From NCBI GenBank assembly GCA_035084275.1, contig CM068745.1:61380001-61444000 (forward strand): a stretch of DNA of 64,000 nucleotides, in the 5' to 3' direction. The notes below the pieces were generated by a model, which made no database searches, was not told the DNA's origin, and saw only the letters and a program-made list of their open reading frames with translations. Numbering within the stretch: position 1 is the first letter of the stretch; each line of letters opens with the position of its first letter. This DNA comes from Hydrolagus colliei (taxonomy: Eukaryota). A program made the translations under genes and the position numbers. Positions 25,801 to 36,059 of this stretch are shown piece after piece.

Positions 25801-28800
25801 CTTGATTCCACCTGCTGTGGAAGTCCCTTAGGGAAGTGTTGCTTTTCTTTCTCTGTCACCAACATCAGGACTGGTGAGGTCATCGAAAGTGACCTTTCTG
25901 GCTTTAGTGATGATGCGAAGCCTGAAGGAGGAGTCAAGTTATTTTAGAAGTTACAAACAGAACATTAGAGTAAGTGAGCACGGGTTTGTTAGCTTTAGCT
26001 CTGAGAGGAACAAATGAACTCTTTCAGAAAACATTACGTTTTTTTTTGCATGTTAATCTCTTCTCTTTTAGCGCTGATGCAAACATTGTGGTGGTCAGTA
26101 TTAGTGAGATGTACAAGTGACAAAAATGACTGGAAAAGCAGGGAAACGAATGTTTATCCTCAAGAAATCTTGGATTGCCTATCACTATCATTTGTGAAGT
26201 CCTGTAGCTCAGTGGTTACAGTACTCGCCTCGTAAACGAGAGACCTGAGTTCAATTCCTGACAGGGCAAAATGTTGGGCAAGTTTCCTTGCTCCACACAC
26301 ACCTCTGTTTACCTAGCAGTAAATAGGAATCTGATTGTCAGTTCTTTGGCAGATCGCTTTTGCTGGGGGTAATAATTCCTTCAAAAAAAATACAATACAA
26401 CACAAACTACATTTCTAAAGCACCTCTCACATTGGGTGGACATCCCAAGGCACTGAATAGGCAGGGATTAGAACCCAAGATGGTCGGGAGGGGTAGGTTG
26501 GCATCAGGGCAGAAGGCAGAGGGGGTAGGAGAGAAGCCGAAGGCACAGTCAAAAAGGAAGGTCTTGAGGTGTGACTTGAAGGAGGCAAAGGGAAGAAGCA
26601 AGGCGAAAGGAATGTGGGATGGAGTTCCAGAGGGTGGAGGCAGAAAGGCTGAGGGCCTGACCACTGACCACCGGCAGGCCGAGCGGGGGACATGGAGCAG
26701 GCCAGAATCTGCTGGGTGGAGGCAACGGACAGGTTGACAAGGGATTTGCAGGTTAGAGAGGTAGGATGGGGGCAAGGCTGTCGAGGGCCTTGAAGGGGAG
26801 AATGAGAATTTTGAACTCGATCCTCTGAAGGATGGGGGAGCCAATGGAGCCAGGTAGGGGTGGGTGTGATAGGAATACACGGCTTGGTGCAGGAAAGGAC
26901 CTGAGCTGCAGAGTTCTGGACGATCTTCAGCTTGTGGAGGGAAGATTTGGGAAGGCCAACAAGCAAGGCATTGGCAGAACTTAAATAACAATAATAAATT
27001 GGGCACTCAATCCACAACTCTTTGTGGGATACTGCTGGAGCATCCATTGGCAGCCTCACTTCACCAACAAAATATTGAGTCAATTCACTTTACAGCATAT
27101 TCTGTGAAGCGATTTGACACATCAAAAAGACATGATAATATATTATAATCCTTACATTTGATATAGTGCTTTTCACATCTTATCAACATTTCAAAGTGTC
27201 TCAAAGTGCTTCACAGAATATACTATGAAGTGAATTGAACACGGCAGCCAATTGCACACAGCAGTGTCCCACAAACAGTCGTGGATTGAAATGACCAATT
27301 TTTATTATTGTGTTTATCTTTGGATGGATTATTATTAGGCATGTGGAGTAAGGAAACCTGCCCAAGGTTTCACCCTGATCTGCCTGGATTCAAACACAGG
27401 TCTCACGCTTGTAAGGCGAGTGTTCTAACCACTGAGCTACAGGAGCTCAAATACATATATATCAAATGCAAGGATTATTATTATTACTATTGTTAGAGAA
27501 AAACCCGTGCAATGATCTTAACTCTTTAGGTTCCGAAATAACTGATGATACCGTAAAGGCTGAAGCTGGTTTTATTCTTACTTATGCAAGCACATACTAC
27601 AAAGTGTTACAAACATGAACAGAATAACACGACCAGGCGCTTGCTTCTGTAACTGGCCCTTCGCAGCCTGTAAAATAGCACAACTGGAACCCTACTATCT
27701 GTTCCAGTAGTTCTGGACAACAGTGGCAGGCTGGAGATCTTGGTTTCCACCCTGAGACCACAACTTCCCCAACTGTTGTGACGAGCCACTCTTTTCCTCC
27801 TATTTTTATATTTCTACAGCACTCTTGCTTATCTTGACAAGCAGAGCGGTTCTCAAACATTTCTGTTTTCTCAAAATATCTATTGTAAAACACCTCCCCA
27901 TCTACCAAGGCCTGTTTTGTCTGCCTTCTTGCTTACCCTGTGACTTCTCATCTTTGGGCAGACAAAGAGTAGCTATAATGATGTCTTTAACTGAACATGT
28001 TTTCTGTTCTCCATCCTTCATACTTATCATTTCTACTACAATTAGTGCCATTCAGTTATTTTACAGACAGGGCTGGTTTCTGCAATTCTGCAGCTTTCTT
28101 AGTTTAAACCTAAATTTCTAATGTTATACTACTTATTATACATATTGATTTACTTATTAAACATAAAATAAACCTAATGATTCAACTAATCCTAACACTA
28201 TGGACTTCAGTGTCCTAAAAGACTGATACCTTTCTAATGATGGCCTATTGAGGCAAAAAGAATGAAGTACAACATCTGCAAAGCAAAGATATTTTGTGAC
28301 TTATACATTACTGCGCAGCAAATTGTTCAGAGTCTTTCCTAGGGGGTCTATCCACTATTTGAAAGTACTACTTTAGCTTGTATTGTAATCACTTTTGCTG
28401 CAATTCAAGGATAGTATGCCTAATAATAATCCCCCCCAAAAAACGAATTAATTGGTCATTTCAATCCACTATTGTTTGTAGGACACTGCTTTGTGCAATT
28501 GGCCCACAAATATACAGTCAATTCACTTTACAGTATATTCTGTGAAGCACTTTCAGACATCTGGAAGACGTGAAAAGCGTTATATCAAATGCAAGAATTA
28601 TTAATAAAAGGAAGCCCCCCTCAAATTAAGTTTTCATCAAAACTTAAGCAGTATAGTAGTTGAACTGAACTAAGGCATAAGGGCCAATTTCAGTCCATGG
28701 GCCCAATAAGAAGCAGCCACACAGCATTTAGATAAGTACCTATGCAACCAGTAGTGTGTTTTCAGGTTTTTCTTGAACAAATATTTCTTGATTGAATGTA

Positions 28801-31800
28801 TAAATCAAGAAACATGCAACCAAGAGCATTTATTTTGTTGGTCACCACTGTACATTAATGCTCCAGTGGAGTGCTGGATGAGCATTGGATGAGAGTAAAT
28901 TGAAGCCCTGTTTAAGTGGATGCTGAAGATCCCATAACACGATTAATAAAGAGGAAGGAGTTTGTCCTGGTATCCAGACAAATAGTGTTCCCAATAAATT
29001 AGTCATTCATATTGTGTGTGTTTGTGGGACATTGCTGTACGAAAATTGACAGAAGCAGCCCTTCCCCCTTCACATGGTTCAGAGCGCTGTAGGTATCGTG
29101 TCTATTGTGATTGGCCTCAGTCTCCACCATTGTTAAGCGCTCCGAGACATTGCTCAGTGTGGAGGGTACTATAGAAATATGAGTTGTTGTTATTGATCAT
29201 TTGATTGCAGATCTCATTCATTTTTCAACAGCAGAACAATCAGCCTTTATTCTCGTCAACTGGCCGCAGTTTTTGAACTTGTGAACTTTCTAGCTATTGT
29301 TCTCATGAACTGTATTTACATCTGCAGCATGGAAGCTGGGTATTCAACTCCATCAAACCAGCTCATTCAATCCCCACATTCTTTTATCGACATTTTCACA
29401 CACCACAATAATGAGCTGGAAAGGCACGCAAATAATTGTAGGGTAAAAAATGGTGTTCGATGTTACCAGACTGACTTCTCCCTGATATATCATTCAATGG
29501 CTTCTCTCAATGTCACATATTTGCTAGAGGCTGTCACAAGTGCTCTTTGTCATTATATCAGGATTTCAAGAGGGTAGTAGACAGAGTAAACATTAGAGGC
29601 TTGGAGGGATATGGGAATAAGGATTGCTCTGAGAGCTGATGCAGACTTGATGGGCCAAATGGCCCCATGTTGTAAATGTCTAGGATTCCATAAGTAGATG
29701 ATGTAGGGATATTCGCTTGAGTCAATGTGACACAGTTCTGGTTACTGACATAAGTTTCAATTTGTGAATGTAGCCAGCAAATACTACTTCCAAATCCAAT
29801 TGCAGTAAAAGCTTGGTTATCCGGCAACCAACCAACCAGCCCTCGCAACCAACCAACCAGCCCTCTCAACCAACCAGTATCTCCCAATATAAGTAAAATT
29901 TGAGTATACGCGATTTTACCGAGTACGCTGTTTTCCAGGAACTTAACCCCCACATTCGGCATGGGTTGACTGTACTATTTATGTATGCTTTATTGGTAAG
30001 TATCCTTGCAATATTCTGTTATTATTTAGTCTATTATTAATATGGTATGTTTTAAAATAAGTTAATTTTTTGCGTAGGATTTTTGGCAACTTGCCGCTCG
30101 AATATCTGGCATATTTGATTAACCGGCAACGGTCAGGTCCCGAGGGTGCCGAATAACAAAGCTAAATTTTACTGTACTTATTTTGCTTCTGATGAAGGGT
30201 CATGGATCCGAAACATTGACACACTTTACTTTCTCCATAGATGCTGCCTGACCTGCTGAGTAATTTCTGTTTTTGTTACTTATTTTGCTTATTTGACTTG
30301 TACTGAAATCTTCTAAAGCTCCTACTTTATTTTTTTTGCAGTGTTTGTTGCCAGCAAGTACCTCACAGCAGTGATTGGGGAACCAGTGGAACTGCCTTGT
30401 AATTTTGATGAAAATGGAAACAGAAATAACCTGCGCATAATAATGCAGAAAGACACGTCAAAAGTGGTGCATTCATTTGACTCTGGAAAGGATGATCTAA
30501 TATATCAGGATGTACAGTTCAAAAATAGGACAAAGATTGTTTGGCCCAGAATTGCCATAAAACTTTCCAAAGTGGATCCAAAGGATAAGGGAAGTTACAC
30601 GTGTCACATTCAGGAGAAGAAAGATTCCGAGTATCTATCAGGTCCATCATTTGATTCTGAACTAAATGTTATAGGTAAGATTTTTTTTCCCCTACCTTTC
30701 TGCCTGCACTTCTCCCTTCCTTTGACGTAAAAGGCGATGTACAGGTGTAATTTTGTTGTTGTTGCTTAGGCAATTCGCCCACAAATATATACAGTCAATT
30801 CACTTTACAGTATATTCTGTGAAGCGCTTTGGGACGTTGATAAGATGTGGAAAGCGCTATATCAAATGCAAGGATTATTATTATTAGTAGTAGTATTATG
30901 CAGCACTTATCCTTCACAGATCAGAGTGCATGGTAAATGACATCTTCACTTACCATTGTCTGTACTAACAGTTTACTCATAGAAGCAACCATTAAAGTTG
31001 CTTTTTATCCACAAAAATAAAAGGCAGAGTATTTTTCACAGTCTTTTGGTCAAAAAAGGAGTAACAACAACAACCAAATTACACTTGTATAGAGCCTTTC
31101 ACGTCAGAAGGACGTCAGTGCTTCAGACCCGAGCTGGGAATGGTGGTGCGAGGGAAGGAGGGGATTAGGAGTTGCCAATGGGACTATTGAAGAGGAGAAT
31201 CTTGAGGAGGGACTTGAAAGAGACCAGGGAGGGGCTGGGGTGGAGGAACTGCGGGATGAAAATGGAGAGAAGAAATACAACACAGACATCTCAGGTAAAA
31301 TCTATGGAAAATCACAGGGCATAATGCTATAGGCTCTAAAATTTACAAAATCAAAATTGTTCTGTGAGGATCAAAGATAAAAAGCTACTTTTAGGATGTG
31401 GAGAGAAGAGGAATGCACCAACTGCATTGTCAAAACATCCTTTAAATAAGAAAAGTGATGGTGCAAATAACTATATATTTTTCCTCCTAATCCATTGAGT
31501 TTGAATTTTGTGTACCACAGAAATATGCATCAAAATTCATGTTTTCCAAGCCCTTTATAATTTTACGTATTGTTTCCATTTATTTAATATTGTAGATTTA
31601 GATGTGTTTGGCTGACTTTTTTTTGTAAATACAGTAGAAGCCTGTTTATCCGGCACCCTCGGGACTTGGCCAGTGACAGTTAAAGCGCCTGCCAGATATT
31701 CGGCAGGAAACCCAACACAAAAAAAATTACAAATTTTTTAATTAAATTTTTTAAAACATAGCATATTAATAATAGACTAAATAATCATTTATATGATAAA

Positions 31801-34800
31801 ATAATATATAAATAAGAATTATAATCATTTTACACACAGCGACTAGGCAGTTCAGAGATCTTTAAACTAGTGCAAAAGTTACACGTCTAAATGACACTGT
31901 TCTCTTTGCGGGCAGAAGAGAGGAAAACTCATGTTATTGAAAAAGCAGAGATTGAGCAGTGGTTGCTCAGTTCAGTTAACTTTCTTTCCAAAAAGCCTTG
32001 CGATGCCTCTGTGTGTGTGTATACTAAGTTGAAACACTGCACTCTGTAAAACGAGCATTGCAGAGATGAGTCTTTTTCATTAAAATAAAAGCCAATGAAT
32101 TGATCTGAAAGCTTTGCTCAGGGTAAGTGTGTGTTTTGCTGTTTTGTGGCTAAATTAAATCTAAATTAATCAACTCACCCTCTGCCTCTCTCAAAAAGTA
32201 CACTCCGGAGAGTGCATGGCTTTACAGTACCAGCAGCATTCTGAGCTAGCGCCACCATCAGGCACCTAGTAGCAGCATTCCAAAATACTGATGCAACACA
32301 AAACACCAAAAAAATGCATTTTTCTGGATAATTTCCGGTTTATCGAATGCGGACCTTTTTTTTGCAGTGCCAGTTATACGGAAGTTATGGTTGATTGGGT
32401 CACAGATAAACGGGCTTCTACTGTAATAATGTTTGTTACTTCATTCCAGGACTTTACTGCAAACCAACAATAACTAGAGGAAACAAAGATCAAGTGCATT
32501 ATGGAGCTGAGGTAAATTTAACCTGCTCCTCCAGCAATGGTTATCCAGAAGCAACCGTTGAATGGATAAATGAAACTGAAAATGTTACTTTGAATGGAGC
32601 ATTAACAAACTTTGACTGTGATCCTGTTAATCATCTGTGCAACTTCACTAGCGTCCTAACAGTCACAGTAACCACAGAGCTCACAATGATCTGCTCCGTA
32701 ATAAATCCTGGCCTTCAAGACAATAGAACACTGAATCAAATTATTCTTAGTAAGTAATGGAGTTTGTGCTTCAGGATATGTTGTGGATTTCTTACTAGTT
32801 AAGACTTTTTATACCGTGTTTGAGGATGTATTTTTGGAGTATATTAATAATCTTTGTATTTGATCTTGTGCCTGGTGATGTAATCAAAACATTTCAAAGC
32901 ATGATTAACTGAGTAATACAGTGACTGCCTTTGAAGTGAGTCAGTTAATTTTTGGTCATTCCACTTCATAGTTGTTTTGTGGGACAATGTTGAGTGCAAG
33001 TTCACTCCTGCCTTCACATACAAAATACCAAATTACTACACAAAATCCTGTAAACTCCTCTCAAGTGCTTTGAGACGTCCTTCAGACATATAATGCAATA
33101 TCAAATACAAGCAATACTATTATTATTTAGCTGCGTTGGCCCTACTTCCTGTCCCTGCCTTCATTCCACCAGTCCTGTTGTTGTGACCCGAATTGTTCCA
33201 CCCCACCATTAGTGGACTAGCTGGCAACTACTTTGGTCCTATTCTCTGTAGCTTTCTTCTCAAATTCAATCACCTTGTCTCCCTCTCAGTTTCCAACATC
33301 TGACATTCTTTGAATGGCATTTTCAGCAACCTCCCTCTTATCTAATAATATCCTCTGCCTTGACCACAACATTTTGCAAATATTTCAAAGACTTTGCAGA
33401 TTATGTATATAATCAGTTTTGGGACCTGTCACCACACAGGGCCCTGTTTCCCACCATTTCAAAGATCGTCCAGGTGGGTGGCGAGGGCACGGAGTGGTTG
33501 CCGGATGATAGTTGATTGTTATTGTTATTTATCTTGTTTATTGGTGTTGTTTGATCCCCCACCTGCCCCCTAACCTTTCCCCCCTTTTCTTCTTCTTCCC
33601 CCTCCCCCACTTTCTTTCCCCCTTCCCTCTTACCCCCCTTTCTCTCCATTTCTCTCTGATTTTGTCCCCACCCATCTTTCCCTCCCTCTCCCCCCTTACC
33701 CCACATTCTCCCTGACTTTACCCCACCTGACCTTTCCCTCCCTCTTCCCCCTTACCCTCTTTTCCCCCTTTCTCCCCTGGCCCCATTTCCGCAACTGTTT
33801 GTGGGACACTGCTGTGCGCAATTTAGCTGCCGCGTTTTGCCCTCAAATATAGTCAATTTTCCTACTCTTCTTCATCCTGGACCCCTCCCCCACTGCTCTT
33901 GTCCCTACCTGACTGTACAGCGCCTTTGGACGTCCTCTCGACGTGAAAGGCACTATATAAATGTAAGTTTTGATTGATTGATTGATTGATATAGAGTTAT
34001 TACCTTTGATGTTAAGTTCCTAATTTGATTATATTTTTACCACATTTGTACGTACACGTACAAATATCAAGTCTCAAACAGAGACTTTCAGCATTTGTTG
34101 CACCTGTTCACAGTAGACCGAATAATAATGTGCAAGAATCCAAACTGTCTGACTATCAGGCCCACGCCTGTCATCACTCCTGAATTATACTTGAGCAGTA
34201 CACTAAAATTATGTAAATATCAGTTATTTTATTAGCACACAGGAAGACAAAGGGGCCAAGCTTCGGGCATTACCATCGCTGCATCCTGCACACTGTGTAC
34301 AGGATACAAAAACATTTGAATGACAGCCATTTTACATTAGCCAATGTTTTCAGGTTAGAAGGTCCGTGCATATTTTGAGAAATTTGAATAGGTACATTAT
34401 ACAAACTTCTATAACCCAACTGAAAACTGCATTCTAATGAATTTCATTACAAATTTGTAAAGTTTCAAATGTATTCACGGGAAGGTGTTTAATGAGTTAG
34501 TGTTGTACAATGATTGGTTTTGTTTGTTAAACTGAACATTAAGATTAAAAATGCAACAGCATACATGATGTTTTTTGGCAGTTGTGTGTCTGACACATAC
34601 AGAAACTCATCACGATGCTTAAGAGTATCAAATCAGACTGAAAGTTCCAATTATGTATGCCGCCTACATAGAGAAATTTCCCTCGTTTTAGCTGGTTAAT
34701 CTCCAGCAGTGCCCCCAGTACATAGGGAAAACTCCCAGTGACTGTACTGGAAATGTGCATTCTCCACTTAAGGGAAAGCACCTGCTTACCGGTATATAAT

Positions 34801-35840
34801 TCCAGAGAGCTTTAGGTGCAGGTTGGCAGGAAGAAAATATTAGGGCCTCCAGAGTGTATATTGGTTGTACTGCTGGAGATTAACCAGCTAAAATCACAAA
34901 GCTCATTATTGGATCAGTGTCTTGTGGACTGTAAAGTTTATAAGCTGGGAACACCTTAACATTTAGGGCTTTGACTTACGCTGTTGTCAGCAATTGAATG
35001 GGAAGGATCTATTCTCTAAATTCACTTTTGGGGACAGGAGCTTTGTTCTCTAAATTCACTGTTGGGGACACAAGCTTAACTCATCTCATGGATTCAAGTT
35101 TTATCACCATTATGTTAGGTTGATCTCTCTTTGATTTTTTATTTTTTTTTACCAAATATTCACTTTCTTTCTTTTTATTTAGCGCCTGTTCACCCTGGGA
35201 ATAATAACAAGATAGGATTAGTAATCGTCTTGGTGGCTATAGCTGTAATGCTGGCTGTGATTTTCCTATTAATAATAATCTCTAGAAGTCGGTGAGTATA
35301 TGATTTTTATTGCTGAAAACCTTTTATTAGCGCAAGCAAATGGGCAAAATCTAGAACTTTCTCCACCAGCTGTGGTTGCTGGATTCATTCATATCTTCAA
35401 GACTAAGCTGGATAGATATTTATTAGGTCAAGGTATTAAGGGATACAGTGCAAGTCGGGTAATAGGACTTGAGGTACAGATCAGCCATGATCTTATAGAA
35501 TGGCAGAGCAGGCTTGAAGGTCTGGATGGCCAACTCCTGTTTTTGTGTTTCTAGAACATTATATAGGTGCGTGAAAAATGGTTGTTTGCACAAGGATATG
35601 GTTTTATATGAAGTTCTCTCCAGTCCACTGCTGTGAAGAGATGTCCCTCTGAAGTGAAAAACTTGATAAAAATGTAATTTTGTTGCTGCTGTGTGCTCAC
35701 TTTTCAATATTACACTTTTCTTTACTGAAAATTGAAAATGATTTATATTTATTTTCAGATCAATAAGATCAGAAGAAGAAAGTTATACAACCTTCATGAA
35801 TAGAGTGACCTCACCCAGGGTAGTGTCCCAGAGTGCTTAA
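22889..35840 (+). CDS. CD86: B7-family costimulatory ligand, CD86-like (CD80/86); spliced CDS join(22889-22896,23646-23701,30342-30674,32450-32749,35183-35291,35759-35840), 295 aa
   Basis: All introns are GT-AG with matching phases (2,1,1,1,2) and the total of 888 nt is open. Architecture is signal peptide-IgV-IgC-TM-short tail. LPCNF, KDKGSYTCHIQEKK, DSELNVI and NLTCSSSNGYPE resemble recalled human CD86 LPCQF, KDKGLYQCIIHHKK, NSELSVL and NLTCSSIHGYPE. Family call is firm; exact orthology and the last exon are less certain. Confidence 0.8.
23646..23701 (+). CDS. CD86: CD86-like signal-peptide exon (RSESFALNAVQFLIIFQIP)
   Basis: Acceptor TCTTAG|G, donor CCTG|GTAAGT; phase 2 in and phase 1 out; hydrophobic peptide. 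Confidence 0.7.
24581..25210 (-). mobile_element. Tigger/pogo transposon remnant with CENP-B-type HTH fragment
   Basis: ORF 24839-25213 MERMLSVWIEDQNQRNIP..IQEKAKSLF..FSASRGWFQRFK is a Tigger transposase HTH; terminus TA|CAGGTAAACCTC at 24581; truncated. Confidence 0.85.
26200..26400 (+). mobile_element. tRNA-derived SINE, longer-body variant
   Basis: GTCCTGTAGCTCAGTGGTT..GAGTTCAATTCC head, then TTGGGCAAGTTTCCTT..CTCTGTTTACCTAGCAGTAAATAGG. Confidence 0.6.
26400..26985 (-). mobile_element. L2 LINE 3' fragment
   Basis: Minus peptide ANALLVGLPKSSLHKLKIVQNSAAQVL..WLHWLP. Confidence 0.8.
26990..27490. mobile_element. Full-length antisense SINE (27135-27448) inserted inside a sense SINE
   Basis: The sense SINE body stops near 27130 and its tail (TATATCAAATGCAAGGATTATT) resumes near 27460, after the antisense tRNA head. 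Confidence 0.7.
27491..28197 (-). mobile_element. Solo LTR (707 bp), antisense in the CD86-like intron
   Basis: TGTTAG..CTAACA inverted ends; 4-bp TSD CTAT (27487-90, 28198-201); minus-strand TATAAAAA (~27803-27810) upstream of AATAAA (~27571-27576). Confidence 0.88.
29803..30174 (-). mobile_element. Tigger-like MITE
   Basis: CAGTAAAAGCTT..TTATCCGGCA left end and ..TTTTACTG|TA right end; homologous to 31632-32423 in the opposite orientation; internal 21-bp tandem CAACCAACCAACCAGCCCTC. Confidence 0.65.
30186..30280 (+). mobile_element. Penelope-like element remnant with degenerate hammerhead ribozyme core
   Basis: CTGATGA (30189-95), stem GGGTC/GATCC, GAAAC (30210-14), then AGATGCTGCCTGACCTGCTGAG; related antisense copies at ~5120-5195 and ~20780-20910. 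Confidence 0.55.
30342..30674 (+). CDS. CD86: CD86-like IgV exon
   Basis: Acceptor TTTTTTTGCAG, donor ATAG|GTAAGA; 333 nt, phase 1-1; B-strand Cys (LPC) and DKGSYTC motif. Confidence 0.92.
31632..32423 (+). mobile_element. Tigger-like MITE
   Basis: TA|CAGTAGAAGCCTGTTTATC ... GATAAACGGGCTTCTACTG|TA TIRs with TA TSD. Confidence 0.8.
32450..32749 (+). CDS. CD86: CD86-like IgC exon
   Basis: Acceptor TTCATTCCAG, donor CTTA|GTAAGT; 300 nt, phase 1-1; GLYCKPTI..NLTCSSSNGYPE..MICSVINP. Confidence 0.92.
33793..33990 (+). mobile_element. SINE with variant tail, same subfamily as 2293-2470
   Basis: Same body-tail junction and (GATT)n end; preceded by a pyrimidine-rich tract at ~33555-33790. Confidence 0.6.
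34691..34888. mobile_element. Unclassified MITE-like element
   Basis: Perfect 25-bp inverted repeat TTTTAGCTGGTTAATCTCCAGCAGT (34686-34710 / 34869-34893); compatible with a TA TSD. Confidence 0.6.
35183..35291 (+). CDS. CD86: CD86-like transmembrane exon (IGLVIVLVAIAVMLAVIFLLIII)
   Basis: Strong acceptor TTTCTTTTTATTTAG, donor CG|GTGAGT; 23-residue hydrophobic stretch followed by SRSR. Confidence 0.88.
35759..35840 (+). CDS. CD86: CD86-like cytoplasmic exon (RSIRSEEESYTTFMNRVTSPRVVSQSA*)
   Basis: Strong acceptor TTTATATTTATTTTCAG; phase-2 join is open to TAA at 35838-40; the 3' boundary is uncertain. Confidence 0.55.
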
Positions 35841-36059
35841 ATAATAATCCTAAAAACAAGAACTCTTATTGATATGCTGCCTCTCACACAAAAGAACATC
35901 TCAGAAACATTTGACAAACATAATTTTGGTGAACAAGGAGGTGACTTTTGCTTCCCTTTGGAAAGATGGGACCAAACACCACCGGTAACATACGAATTGA
36001 ATGTAACAACTATTTGCGTTTTGTATGGTACAAATCCTGTTTAATCCATTGTTATTTTG

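Noticed and set aside
25691-25930. Minus-strand exon-like segment with a GTAAGT donor and an RKVTF (PP1-docking-like) peptide
   Set aside because: All three frames hit stops between acceptor and donor, and no companion exons were found; likely chance.
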